From assembly GCA_963758915.1 (NCBI GenBank), contig CAVWXH010000006.1, positions 33,436 to 97,435 of the forward strand: DNA of 64,000 bases, given 5' to 3'. The stretch comes from an uncultured Methanomicrobiales archaeon (GTDB taxonomy: Archaea; Halobacteriota; Methanomicrobia; Methanomicrobiales; Methanospirillaceae). Below are positions 1 through 10,305 of this stretch, piece by piece. A program made the position numbers and the translations under genes. Under the pieces are notes generated by a model. It worked only from the letters and a program-made list of their open reading frames with translations. It was not told the DNA's origin and searched no databases. Position 1 is the stretch's first letter. Every line of letters begins with the position of its first letter.

Positions 1-419
1 GGCAGGTCCTCCTCTTTGGTGGCAACACCGAATACGCGTTTTTCTGTTTCATTTGTGATTATCCCGGCAATGGTGACAATCTCCTTGATTTTGAATGGCA
101 TCAGCCAGTCCATGATCCCATTTGAGACCTCGTAGCAGATCATGGGGTGAATTGGAATATCAGCGACGATGACCACAAGTTGTTCTTTTTCATATATCCG
201 GACCGGGACATTAATGACGCCCTTGTTCATCATGGCTAGCGGAGGGAAGAATTTGCTTGTCATGCTGCCGATCTGTTGGAATTCCAGTTGATCAACCATG
301 TACTGAAGGGCGATGCTTCCCACAAGTCCGCTCCCGGGAAATCCCATGAGTACAGACACCCCTTCGGTGTTCAGGGGTTTTGAAAAAATCTTTATATCAA
401 AGCCAGCTTCTGGTGACAT
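1..419 (-). CDS. Proteasome assembly chaperone (PAC2 family), 3' end outside window
   Basis: Manual translation from ATG at 419: MSPEAGFDIKIFSKPLNTEGVSVLMGFPGSGLVGSIALQYMVDQL...; GFPGxGLVG motif; not in ORF track because it runs off the edge. Confidence 0.85.
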   Translation of the reverse strand, partial: MSPEAGFDIKIFSKPLNTEGVSVLMGFPGSGLVGSIALQYMVDQLEFQQIGSMTSKFFPPLAMMNKGVINVPVRIYEKEQLVVIVADIPIHPMICYEVSNGIMDWLMPFKIKEIVTIAGIITNETEKRVFGVATKEEDL

Positions 420-453
420 TAGATTAACATATACGACCTTACTAAAAAGTATT

Positions 454-765
454 ATGCAAGAGTACCCGGTGAAGAGGGGTTTTTCCAAGAATTTACCTGC
501 AACAATGGTTGAACAACTGAAGGAATGCTTCGGTATAGAGCCAAAGACTAAGGAGGGGCATTATCAGATCAGTTATGGGGCATTAAAAATCCTCGACGCC
601 TCCCTTGGGGCTGATGGGAAATCCGTTATTATCCGGACCGAGTCAGACCTCGCGGTTTCTGATGAGATAATCCTTGATACGAACCGGCGGTTCAGGAAAT
701 ATCTTGAAGCGGTAACTGGCTATACAACAAAAGAAAGAGCTAAAAAGGCAAAAACTGTTGAATAA
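454..765 (+). CDS. Conserved archaeal hypothetical protein (DUF5611-like)
   Basis: MQEYPVKRG...ISYGAL...RRFRKYLEAVTGYTTKER; start moved to ATG 454 to avoid overlap with the divergent gene. Confidence 0.7.
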   Translation: MQEYPVKRGFSKNLPATMVEQLKECFGIEPKTKEGHYQISYGALKILDASLGADGKSVIIRTESDLAVSDEIILDTNRRFRKYLEAVTGYTTKERAKKAKTVE

Positions 766-1088
766 CCGCCGTTACCTTTTTTTTAGATTACCGTATCACC
801 TCCCGGCAATGCAGACTTAACACTTACTTTGTGTCGCAACCCCCTTGTTTGAACCCCGATCAATGAGGGGTATGGTACTACACCCGTACTATCAAACTCC
901 TGGATAATCATTTGGTGGATGATTGTGCTATGAGTGCAGAACATTGAATGCATGGAACGCTACGCTGCGCAATCCTTCATTTTTTCAGGAGGGGATGTAT
1001 CCACCGTTGCTGCAGGGTATTGATTAAAAAAACCGGGGTAATTAAAAAAGTGAAATAGAAGGCGGGGAAAAATTTCGGAGAGGCAATT

Positions 1089-3881
1089 TTACTCGATAAT
1101 TATCGCGGGTTTGAAAGGCAATGCCGCCGCTGCCTTTGCATAGGTCTGGGGGTCTGCCGGGACTACCGTTACCGGTATACCGAATTCCTTTTCAAGGAAT
1201 GACTTGGCCTTGTTAAAAATATTCTCCTCGTCCAAGCCTTCTTTGGAAATGGCCTCCACGATCTGGGGTGGAAGGCGGTGGATCAGGGTGGTGCACTGCT
1301 TTACGGCATCGGTGGCATCCTTGCCATGCATCCGCATCGTCTCATCCTTCATAATCTCCTTGATTACCTGGCTGCGGTCATCCGAGCGGGCAATCGTTTT
1401 GAATATATCATGTTTCCAGCCTGGAGCAATGCAGAGCGTGAGCGAGGACGGGGTTATCTGGATCAGTTTCATGATCGTCTCTATATCTTCCACCGTCCGC
1501 GACAGCAATTCTTCAGCCAGCTCAATTTTTGGATACACACGGGAATCGTCCACCTCCGGCCATGATGCAAAGGATGCAAGACCCATTTCACCTGTTTCAG
1601 ACCAAAGTTGTTCGGATGTGAACGGGATGATGGGGGCCATCAACCTGATCCATACGGAACAGAGTTCTTTTAATGATGCGTGACCCTTCGATCCATCAGT
1701 CAGCCTGCGGCGGTACCATTTCAGGTCAGCCTCGACACCAAAGAATGCCTCCTGTAAGGCCTGCCGGGTCTGGAATTTCATCAGAGACTCCGTTGTTCTG
1801 CCGATATGGTGCTGGAGCCTTGAGACCAGCCACGTGTCAATTTCGCAATCCGGCCCGTCAGCCTGGGAAGCTTCAATAGTAGTATTCCAGAACCTCTCGA
1901 TCTGTTTTTTGGTCGAACTTACGAGTTCATTTCTCCAGTCAAAATCCTGCCAGGGTTCAGCGCTTCCTACAAGGAACATCCTCACCGTGTCAGCACCGAA
2001 CTCCAAAACCGCATCCTCGAGCAGGAAGACATTTCCTTTGCTTGAGGACATCTTTGCCCCGTTCAGGAGTCCCATACCAAAGACTACCATCCCTTTTGGA
2101 AGTAATTGTTTAGGGAATATTGCCACATGGTGGAATATCTGGAAGGTCAGGTGGTTGGAAATTAAGTCTTTCGCCGAGAACCGGTAGTTGTAGGGGTACC
2201 AGTAAAGGAATTCTCCCCTAATCTTCGCAAGTTTTTCCCGTTCAGGGAGATTTGGAGATTCTTTTCCAAGGAAAATATATTCGAAAACTTCAGGGGTGAG
2301 GGCTTCGGGAGCAAATTCACGGATCCGGTGGGCAATTGTGTAATAGGCCATGTATATAGTCGAATCTGAGAGCGGCTCAATAAGCCATGCCGGGTCCCAT
2401 GGGAGACGTGTGCCAAGACCAACCCGTCGCGTGCATGCCCAGTCTTTTAGCCAGTCAACAGTCCGATCAAACTCCATCCTTACTTCCGGGGGTACGAGGG
2501 ACATATCTTTCAGGTGTCCGGATACCTGTGCCTTCCATGCTGGATCGCTATACTGGAGGAACCACTGGTCGTGCAGGATCTTCACGTATACACGACTCCC
2601 GCACCGGCAGACCACCGAGCGGTTGTCAAACTCATACATAACGGTAGACCCGTATTGTTCGACCATCAGGGCAGCAACATCATCCCGGGCAATCCGGACG
2701 GGTTTACCCCCAAAGGTATCATAGAGCTTACCCGACGAGAATTCGGCAGCATAGACCTCCTGGGTCAGGGTCTCCATCCTCGAATCCAGTTGATTTTCAA
2801 TCCCTTCACGTTCTACCGCGTCTTTTGCAGGGATCTTCCCGTACCCGGGGACGGTGATGAGCGGGACCGGCCGGATATCAGGATATTTTCCGGCCTTCTG
2901 CAGGTCCCTTAATGCAATATAATCGAAGGGTGCATGTGCCGGGACACTCATCACTACTCCGCTTGCCATATCGGGATCGACAAATTCTGCAGGAAGTACT
3001 GGCACTTTTCCGCATAACGGGTGAAAGACTTTCTGATCAATGAGGGTGGTCCCTGGAATCCGCTCCAGAACCTCAACCGTGTGGTCCTGCAGGAGTATCT
3101 TATCTGCAGCCTCCTGGCTGACGATCCAGGTATGGCCGTCCACGTTGACCTTAACATACGTAACGGCTGGATTGACCCAGAGGTTGGTGACCCCGTAGAT
3201 CGTTTCAGGCCGTAGTGTTGCGGTAGGGATTAGCGAGTCACCGTACTGGAACATAACAAGGGTGAACTTCAGTATCTCTGCCTTGTCTCCTTCGAGGAGG
3301 TCATGGTCTCCTACCGGGTTCTCGCACTGAGGGCAATATCTGACCGGGTGGGCACCTTTTACGACATGGTCTCCTTCCCCGAGATGCTTCCATTGCCATT
3401 CAATAAATTTGCTGTAGGTGGGATCCACCGTGGTGAACTTCCGCCGCCAGTCAATGGAGAGTCCGCAACTCTTCATCACACGCATGTACTCCTCACTGAA
3501 ATGCCGGACGATCTCAAGAGGATTGGTGAATTGTGCCAGCACTTCAGGAGGTACCTTGTAAAGGTCACGGTACAGGTGGATTGCTTTCTCATCCCCGCGC
3601 GCTATCCGTTTTGAAATGCCAATCACTGGTGCACCCGTAACGTGGAAAGCCATCGGGTACAGCACTTCAAACCCTCGCATTCTCCAGAAACGTGCAATTA
3701 CATCGGGAACGATGTAGGTCCTCCCGTGGCCGACGTGCATTGCACCGCTTGGATAGGGGTAAGCTACCGTAATGTAAAACTTTGGGCGGTCTGAAGGGTT
3801 CGCCTCAAATACCTGCTCCCATTTTTCTCCCGCCGTGGCCTCGAACTGTCGCATATCGAATTCGCTCACAATATCACCCAA
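1089..3881 (-). CDS. leuS: Leucyl-tRNA synthetase, archaeal type
   Basis: YPYPSGAMHVGH (HIGH-like), KMSSSKGN, ATLRPET editing-domain motif; true start may be a few codons downstream. Confidence 0.97.
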   Translation of the reverse strand: MGDIVSEFDMRQFEATAGEKWEQVFEANPSDRPKFYITVAYPYPSGAMHVGHGRTYIVPDVIARFWRMRGFEVLYPMAFHVTGAPVIGISKRIARGDEKAIHLYRDLYKVPPEVLAQFTNPLEIVRHFSEEYMRVMKSCGLSIDWRRKFTTVDPTYSKFIEWQWKHLGEGDHVVKGAHPVRYCPQCENPVGDHDLLEGDKAEILKFTLVMFQYGDSLIPTATLRPETIYGVTNLWVNPAVTYVKVNVDGHTWIVSQEAADKILLQDHTVEVLERIPGTTLIDQKVFHPLCGKVPVLPAEFVDPDMASGVVMSVPAHAPFDYIALRDLQKAGKYPDIRPVPLITVPGYGKIPAKDAVEREGIENQLDSRMETLTQEVYAAEFSSGKLYDTFGGKPVRIARDDVAALMVEQYGSTVMYEFDNRSVVCRCGSRVYVKILHDQWFLQYSDPAWKAQVSGHLKDMSLVPPEVRMEFDRTVDWLKDWACTRRVGLGTRLPWDPAWLIEPLSDSTIYMAYYTIAHRIREFAPEALTPEVFEYIFLGKESPNLPEREKLAKIRGEFLYWYPYNYRFSAKDLISNHLTFQIFHHVAIFPKQLLPKGMVVFGMGLLNGAKMSSSKGNVFLLEDAVLEFGADTVRMFLVGSAEPWQDFDWRNELVSSTKKQIERFWNTTIEASQADGPDCEIDTWLVSRLQHHIGRTTESLMKFQTRQALQEAFFGVEADLKWYRRRLTDGSKGHASLKELCSVWIRLMAPIIPFTSEQLWSETGEMGLASFASWPEVDDSRVYPKIELAEELLSRTVEDIETIMKLIQITPSSLTLCIAPGWKHDIFKTIARSDDRSQVIKEIMKDETMRMHGKDATDAVKQCTTLIHRLPPQIVEAISKEGLDEENIFNKAKSFLEKEFGIPVTVVPADPQTYAKAAAALPFKPAIIIE

Positions 3882-3914
3882 TTTCTTTTAGAATTTTCCC
3901 GGTGTATTATCCGG

Positions 3915-5801
3915 TTATACGGGCCTCAGTTTAATTATATCCCCCTGGTTGTACCGTTTCAGCATCTCCTGCGCAATGGTACTGTTCTTTCCAAGGTGGA
4001 TCTCCCCTGTCTCATTTACCGTCGCCGTGAAAAGGTACTCTTTTCCCGCGAATACGTCAACAATTTTACCGGCCTGCTCGGGAGAAATGATTGCCAGCTG
4101 CTTTTTATCGACACGGATTTTTATCCCTCCGCCCAGCTGGAGTTCCTCTTCCACTGGTGCCTGTGCAGGCTGGGGTTTCTCGGCCTCGCTTCTTGGCCTG
4201 ATATCTATCCCGATACCTACCTTGTTTACAATTGCCGCAATATTTTTCCCACCTTTTCCGATCGCGGCAGGGACGTCCTTATCATCGATATAGACGACTG
4301 CTTTCGTATCTGAAAGCATCCTTACATCGACGGTACCATCAGAGTACCGTCCTATTTCCCTCTGTATTTCCCGTTCCGTGATCTTCCAGCCAGAGTTCTC
4401 CTCCTCCTTCACCTCTTCCTGCACTTTCAACGATGGTTCCGCCATGGCCTGCTGGGAAGGTGCCGAAATAACGATGGTCTCTCCCTCATATTTGAATATC
4501 TCAAATGCAAGATCTCCGGTTTCGTAGTTGCGGACAATTGTGACCGGACGGAGGTGCGTCTCGCCAGCCATTCCTTCAGGCACTTTTATGGTAAATTCAA
4601 CATCGTAGACCTTCAGGATTTCACCCTCATCTACAAAGATAATGGTATTGACTATTTGTGGAAGGACGCCAAAATCCACCCTGTCTGAAAAGCGCTGTAG
4701 TGCATCTTGTGCGCCGATTGCATGGACGACCCCGACCATGCCGATACCTGCCAGGCGCATATCGGCGAACACCCGGAAGTCCTCATGCTTCCTGAGTTCG
4801 TCAAACACGACATAATCAGGCCGTACAAGCATCAGAATATCCGCAGTGTTTTCCATGCTCCCTTCAAGCAGGGTATATTGCGTAATATGGTCAGGAACCT
4901 GTAATTCTCTTGGTGCCTCCATTGTTTTCACAACAAAGCCGTTATCTGCAAGATATGTTGCCACACTCTGGGCCAGTGTAGTCTTTCCTGCTCCGGGAGG
5001 CCCGGCGATTAAAAGGCCTCTCTTCTTTCCCGTGATCCTGTTTTTGATTACATTTGATTTCCGGTAATTATCAAGGACCATATCCACGATTGGCCGGACT
5101 GCCGTAATCTCCATCCCGTCACTAAACGGTCTCCGGGCGATCGCAATCCTCATGGAGCCAATCTGTACAACCGTAATCCCGCGCTTTTCAACCTCGATAA
5201 ATCCGTCCGGGTCCCGTTTTGCCCGTTCAAGTATCTCCTGTGCAAGCGATTTTAGCTCATAATCAGAGGAAGGCTGATCCCGGATCCTGACGAGTTTCAT
5301 CTCGTTGATTGTTCCTTTCTTTGCTACCGGAGGTACGCGCTCCTTCAGGTACACCGCAATGGTATGCTCATCAAAGAACTGATCAATTCCAAGGGGTGTA
5401 AAATCCCCTATCTGGGGTTTTAAGTAGATAACATCAAGGCCTTTAGCCTTGGCTACTTCAGCCTGGACAATATCGCTCGTAATGAACCGTGCCGTATGTT
5501 CTATTGCAACATTCCGTATGAGTGCATCAATCTCGCCTCCGCTGGCGAGCTTGACCTGTTCAAGAGTAGGTCGCACACCGACGAATTTAAGTTCAATTGT
5601 CCCTTCTTCAGCCAGTTTGCAAAGCGCCTGAAGTTCCGTGAGGCCTGAAAATCCTATCTCCCGTCCCTGGTTTGCCTGTGCCTCAAGTTCTGCGATTACT
5701 GCTTCTGGTATAATTATTGTCGCGCCATTATATTCACCGGTTTTTATCATTGAGGTGATGCGACCATCTATGACAACACTAGTATCTGGTACTAATTTCA
5801 A
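3915..5801 (-). CDS. PIN-domain ATPase with KH domain (PINA-like)
   Basis: N-terminal VPDTSVVIDG PIN motif, Walker A GPPGAGKTT, VFDELR, KH motif IGKGG. Confidence 0.9.
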   Translation of the reverse strand: MKLVPDTSVVIDGRITSMIKTGEYNGATIIIPEAVIAELEAQANQGREIGFSGLTELQALCKLAEEGTIELKFVGVRPTLEQVKLASGGEIDALIRNVAIEHTARFITSDIVQAEVAKAKGLDVIYLKPQIGDFTPLGIDQFFDEHTIAVYLKERVPPVAKKGTINEMKLVRIRDQPSSDYELKSLAQEILERAKRDPDGFIEVEKRGITVVQIGSMRIAIARRPFSDGMEITAVRPIVDMVLDNYRKSNVIKNRITGKKRGLLIAGPPGAGKTTLAQSVATYLADNGFVVKTMEAPRELQVPDHITQYTLLEGSMENTADILMLVRPDYVVFDELRKHEDFRVFADMRLAGIGMVGVVHAIGAQDALQRFSDRVDFGVLPQIVNTIIFVDEGEILKVYDVEFTIKVPEGMAGETHLRPVTIVRNYETGDLAFEIFKYEGETIVISAPSQQAMAEPSLKVQEEVKEEENSGWKITEREIQREIGRYSDGTVDVRMLSDTKAVVYIDDKDVPAAIGKGGKNIAAIVNKVGIGIDIRPRSEAEKPQPAQAPVEEELQLGGGIKIRVDKKQLAIISPEQAGKIVDVFAGKEYLFTATVNETGEIHLGKNSTIAQEMLKRYNQGDIIKLRPV

Positions 5802-5826
5802 AAAATATCACCGGTTATATATTTGA

Positions 5827-6195
5827 TCATTGATCTTTATTAGCGTATACCTTAGCGGGATCAAAGACCTGGCGGGATATCTCGATTCCATCAATTGTTC
5901 TGAAAAAGCAGGTCATATGGCCTGTATGGCAGGCTGCCCCTTCCTGGATGACTTCGTAGAGGAGGCAGTCCTCATCACAATCTACAAGTATCCTCGACAC
6001 CCGTTGTACATGTCCGCTCTCTTCCCCTTTTTTCCATATCTTTTTACGGCTCCTGCTATAGAAATGCGAAAATCCGGTACTGGCCGTTAGTCCGACTGCC
6101 TCACTGTTGGCATAAGCGACCATCAACACTTCACGTGTGGTCTGGTCCTGGACGACGACGGGGATAAGACCGTCCTGGTATTGTAATGGTAGCAT
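5827..6195 (-). CDS. hisI: Phosphoribosyl-AMP cyclohydrolase
   Basis: SRSR..W.KGEESG, DCDED, ACHTG..TCF. Confidence 0.95.
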   Translation of the reverse strand: MLPLQYQDGLIPVVVQDQTTREVLMVAYANSEAVGLTASTGFSHFYSRSRKKIWKKGEESGHVQRVSRILVDCDEDCLLYEVIQEGAACHTGHMTCFFRTIDGIEISRQVFDPAKVYANKDQ

Positions 6196-6199
6196 AATG

Positions 6200-7318
6200 T
6201 TAGATACCTCCAAAGAAATTAAGGCATATAGTAAGGATATCTCCGATAAAAAGTCCAAATATTAATCCAGCGGTAATGGGGACAATAAATGGGACGCCAT
6301 AGGATATCCAGACCTTTCCTGCCTGTTTATACAATGAAATTTCATGGGAATATTGTTCCGGATGTAATCTGAGGTCTTTTGTATAAATCCGCTTCCCCCC
6401 CTTGACGAGAGATCCCAGGGCCTCCCCAAGTTTCAAAAATCTCCGTTCGATTGTGCCACCAGTCACACTGATCTCTTCAATGATATATCCGAATGAATTC
6501 TGTACCTTGTCTCCATCAACCGGGTACCCAAGGAAAAGATAGAGTAAGGGCGCCCTGTTTCCCCGGTACAGGTTCACCATAAAGAGTGCAATCGGGGCAA
6601 TGAGGTTGAATATCACTGCATTGACCAGAACGGTGAACGGAAAAAATGCAAGGGGCGGGTATCCGGCAAGTGGTGTGAAGGGAAAGAACGGGATCGTCAG
6701 CGATATGAACATCAGTGCCCATGCATCAGCCCCGCCAAAAAGATTGAGAAATGCAAATAAGTAAAAAAGGAGGCAGAAAAATGCGATCATCCCGAGGTAC
6801 GCGTATGAAATCTGTGTCGCGACTGCTATGGCATAGTAAAACCATGAAAATGCAGCAATCAGGAAATAGATTATCGGCCAGGTATCGGTGAAACGGTTCT
6901 CTCTACCCCGGAACTCGAGCAATGTCGCGCAGGAAAAAATCAACACTGCGGCCATGGACATAAAAAAAATGCTTATCATCTCATTATAGAGAAAATAAAA
7001 GCCTGTGCAGATCTGGAGGGCAATTACTATTATCGGCCACACCAGCTGTTTTGGAGTCCTGATATCACAGTTATTAAAATATGCAAGTAAGAGGATGGCA
7101 CTGGTGATTCCCGCGTATCCTGCGAGGAGAACAATTCCATTATTAAAAGAGATGAGTGCCAGTCCCGCCCCGGGTATACCGATTAGAAGGAGTGGCACCC
7201 AGGTAATAAACGGGACCCTCCGATCAATAATATCAAGATATGATGCATAGCAGAGTGTTATAATAACTGCGATGGCACCGATAACAAGCGGAACTATGAT
7301 CATGGTCGTCACGTGCAA
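6200..7318 (-). CDS. Prepilin/preflagellin peptidase (A24, FlaK/PibD-like)
   Basis: ASYLD..RRVP and FGGADA catalytic aspartate motifs, many TM segments, C-terminal [13 protein letters not shown]. Confidence 0.85.
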   Translation of the reverse strand: MHVTTMIIVPLVIGAIAVIITLCYASYLDIIDRRVPFITWVPLLLIGIPGAGLALISFNNGIVLLAGYAGITSAILLLAYFNNCDIRTPKQLVWPIIVIALQICTGFYFLYNEMISIFFMSMAAVLIFSCATLLEFRGRENRFTDTWPIIYFLIAAFSWFYYAIAVATQISYAYLGMIAFFCLLFYLFAFLNLFGGADAWALMFISLTIPFFPFTPLAGYPPLAFFPFTVLVNAVIFNLIAPIALFMVNLYRGNRAPLLYLFLGYPVDGDKVQNSFGYIIEEISVTGGTIERRFLKLGEALGSLVKGGKRIYTKDLRLHPEQYSHEISLYKQAGKVWISYGVPFIVPITAGLIFGLFIGDILTICLNFFGGI

Positions 7319-7630
7319 TATCTGTATCAGGACTTTTTAATAATGGCGTTTTTAAGAAAATGACGGCCTCGGTCCTCTCCTCCTTGTTATGCTTGCATTA
7401 CAAGGATTGCACTGCCTGGTATTGTGTTGCCCAATCCCCTATCATTTTCGTAAGCAGGCTACCTGATTACATGATGACGGGGAGATAAATCAATATAATA
7501 TGCTAATATAGTACGGAAATACAGAAAGGATCCTACACAAAGAACCGGTAACGGGTATCAGCAGTCCCATGTCACTGCCCGAATATTCTCTACCTAACAG
7601 CTATAACCATTATGAGGGAGTGAATTCTGA

Positions 7631-8245
7631 ATGGAAATCAATGAATTTCTCAACGAGCAGATGAATGCGACCACATCAGAGTACTCTTCTAAATTAAACG
7701 ATCTAAAAAAATATGTAACCGATGGAAAAAAAAGTGGGATCGGAGTTGCCGATATCGGATTTGGTAAGCTGTATTTACTGTTTAAAAAAGGCGAACCAGA
7801 AGGTGCAGTAGAGATAGAAAAAAATGGAATCCTTCTTGGAGATAAGGCCATATACCTTTTAAAAGGTAATGAGGTGTTCTCTTTTCATCCGGTTGAGCTG
7901 GATGTAATCGAATCCTATATTCTCTTGTGTCGTATCTTTGACCGGAGCCATCTTACCAGTAATATGTCTATGGCAATGCCAACCATTGAAAGAAGAAATG
8001 AAGGCACAGGTTCGTTTACCGTAATAATCCTGAAAGGAAAGGTACCCCAGTCTGGTATTCATGTATCCATCAGGAAACAGGGACGGGTGATCGGTAGCGA
8101 TGTTACCACGCAAGAGGGGAAGGCATATTTCAAAGTAATCTTCGGTGAATATGACTGTGTGGTAATGGACCGTGATCGGAAAATAAGGATATTTCCTGTC
8201 ACGGTGCGTTCAGGTGGACGCGAAGAGACCATTGAGCTTGGTTAA
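7631..8245 (+). CDS. Hypothetical protein: PATAN/DUF2226-like N-domain plus small beta-sandwich C-domain
   Basis: LLFKKGEPEGA...GDKAIYLL pattern shared with 11766 and 14127 proteins; C-terminal TTQEGKAYF..GEY resembles carboxypeptidase-regulatory-like domains. Confidence 0.55.
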   Translation: MEINEFLNEQMNATTSEYSSKLNDLKKYVTDGKKSGIGVADIGFGKLYLLFKKGEPEGAVEIEKNGILLGDKAIYLLKGNEVFSFHPVELDVIESYILLCRIFDRSHLTSNMSMAMPTIERRNEGTGSFTVIILKGKVPQSGIHVSIRKQGRVIGSDVTTQEGKAYFKVIFGEYDCVVMDRDRKIRIFPVTVRSGGREETIELG

Positions 8246-8591
8246 CCGATTGATATAAAATTGGGCAGGCTCTTCCTGCAAGGTGGCATAGGATTATCCG
8301 TTTCCAGATTGTCATTTGATATTTTCATTTAAAAAAGGTCTATCATCGTTTGATTGGAATTTCAATATTAACCAATATCTGCCTTTATTTTTAAAATTCA
8401 TCAATATTTCATCTATTATCTGCCGACCCCATATGGTATTGGTTAAATAAATGAAATCAAGACGTATATCCCATGGTGCTGTATCTTGAAGGCAAAAAGG
8501 AGAAATTCGTGTCCTGCCTGATTGTCCGAGTGATTTTTCCATACTTATTTTAACAATCCCGGTTCAGGAGAACACACAGTATGGAACAACC

Positions 8592-9818
8592 ATGACTACA
8601 ATATTAGAACATGCCAGAGAGGGAATCTGCAGCCCCCAGATGAATGCGGTCGCTTACAACGAAGGGGTAAACCCGGAAGTCCTTCGTGCTCAAATCATAT
8701 CCGGAAAAGTTGTAATAATGCACAGGGGGGAAGTTGCGGTGGGAATCGGTAAGGGTTTGCGGACAAAAATAAACGTTAACCTTGGTTCATCGACAAACCG
8801 TGCCCGGTTGTCTGATGAGATAGAAAAAGCGCGAATCGCTGAAAAATATGGTGCAGATACAATCAGTGACCTCTCAATGGGTGGCAATATTAACAAGATC
8901 AGGAAAGAAATTTTTAACCAGACAAAACTTCCTGTCACCACAGTTCCAATTTATCAGGCCGTTGCGGAATCCGGTCTTAAGGACCTGACTACTGAAGATA
9001 TTCTCACTACTGTCCGCATGCAGGCACGGCAGGGGATAAGTTCGATCGTGATCCATTGTGTAAATGAACGGATGCTAAGTTCGCTACGGCAGAAAAAACG
9101 AATTCTTGGCATGGTCTCAAAAGGGGGAGCTATCACAAGTTCTTTTATGCAGATGAATAATTGTGAAAACCCGTTTATCGGACATTTTTCTGAAATACTA
9201 ACAATAATGAAAGAATACGATATCGTCCTTTCGCTGGGGAATGCCGCTCGAAGCGGTTGCATCCATGATCTCCAGGATGAGACGCAACGTGAGGAGTTTC
9301 GACAAAATCTCGAGCTTGCCAACCTCGCACATGCTGAAGGTGTACAGGTCATTATCGAGGGGGCGGGGGGACATATCCGGGCAGACAGGATTAAAGAGTA
9401 CATTGAACAGTACAAAAATAACTCCCCATATCCCCTCTTTGTTGCAGGACCACTTCCCACGGACATAGCATTCGGGTATGACCATATTGCGGGTTGTGTA
9501 GGTGCGAGTATTGCGAGTTCTGCGGGTGCGGATTATCTCTGTGCCATCACACCTGCAGAACATCTTGGGCTGCCAGGTCTGCAGGAGGTAAAAGAAGGTT
9601 TAATCGCATTCAGGATTGCAGCGCATATCGGGGATTCAATGAAGTATGGGAAAGATGAAAAAGACCGGGTAATTGCAGAAAAAAGATCAGTACTCGACCT
9701 GGAAGGTCAGATGTGCCTTGCACTGGACCGTGAACGTGCGGAAATGTTGTCTTCACGTATTTCTGAATGTACAATGTGCGGGGATTTCTGTGCAATTAAA
9801 CTGATGAAAATGTTTTGA
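8592..9818 (+). CDS. ThiC/Bza-family radical SAM enzyme, divergent
   Basis: TKINVNLG, DLSMGG, TVPIYQA, TDIAFGYDHI, TPAEHLGLP, C-terminal CTMCGDFC. Confidence 0.85.
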   Translation: MTTILEHAREGICSPQMNAVAYNEGVNPEVLRAQIISGKVVIMHRGEVAVGIGKGLRTKINVNLGSSTNRARLSDEIEKARIAEKYGADTISDLSMGGNINKIRKEIFNQTKLPVTTVPIYQAVAESGLKDLTTEDILTTVRMQARQGISSIVIHCVNERMLSSLRQKKRILGMVSKGGAITSSFMQMNNCENPFIGHFSEILTIMKEYDIVLSLGNAARSGCIHDLQDETQREEFRQNLELANLAHAEGVQVIIEGAGGHIRADRIKEYIEQYKNNSPYPLFVAGPLPTDIAFGYDHIAGCVGASIASSAGADYLCAITPAEHLGLPGLQEVKEGLIAFRIAAHIGDSMKYGKDEKDRVIAEKRSVLDLEGQMCLALDRERAEMLSSRISECTMCGDFCAIKLMKMF

Positions 9819-10107
9819 AAAGAAGCCAAGCGCCGGATAATTTACATGCCGTCAGCTTTGTTGAAACACACATGAACGTGGCATTTTCATGGTCCAGCTG
9901 TGAACTTCCTGTTCATGTGTGTTTCAACAGAGTCTTGCAGTTTAATTCATCCGAACTGAAAAAAAAGCATGGGGTTTTTAATAAAAAAAAGAATGCAAAT
10001 ATAAAACATCAAACCAGTAATATAAAATTATTACTATTTATTTTTAATATTTATCCTATTAAAAAGAAAGATATTTTGAGTGTTTCATGGAAATCCAAAA
10101 AAAAGAT

Positions 10108-10305
10108 TTACATCTGGTGTCTTTTATATTCTTCGGCAGTCCTTGAAATTTCATCAAGTTCGCTTTCAGAGAAGTCAATGGCAAACCCGGCTTTATCATG
10201 TTCGTCGAGAAGTTGCTGGATCCTCCTTGACATGACATACATGAAAAAACATTGTACTATAATAATCAACCCGAACAGAATAATCAGAGTTTCCTCAATG
10301 CTCAT
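10108..10305 (-). CDS. Small single-TM protein coupled to minD
   Basis: 65 aa, N-terminal hydrophobic helix, acidic tail; ATGA overlap with minD stop. Confidence 0.65.
   Translation of the reverse strand: MSIEETLIILFGLIIIVQCFFMYVMSRRIQQLLDEHDKAGFAIDFSESELDEISRTAEEYKRHQM

Noticed and set aside
313-453. 5' extension of the 313..765 ORF
   Set aside because: Overlaps the opposite-strand PAC2 gene; ATG 454 is the plausible start
766-1088. GTGCTATGAG at 925-934, reverse complement of the end of the 80-bp segment
   Set aside because: Only 10 bp match, with no hairpin, second end or duplication; possibly a relic but unsupported
8246-8591. Possible TPP riboswitch upstream of the thiC-like gene
   Set aside because: AT-rich, no CTGAGA-containing TPP core seen
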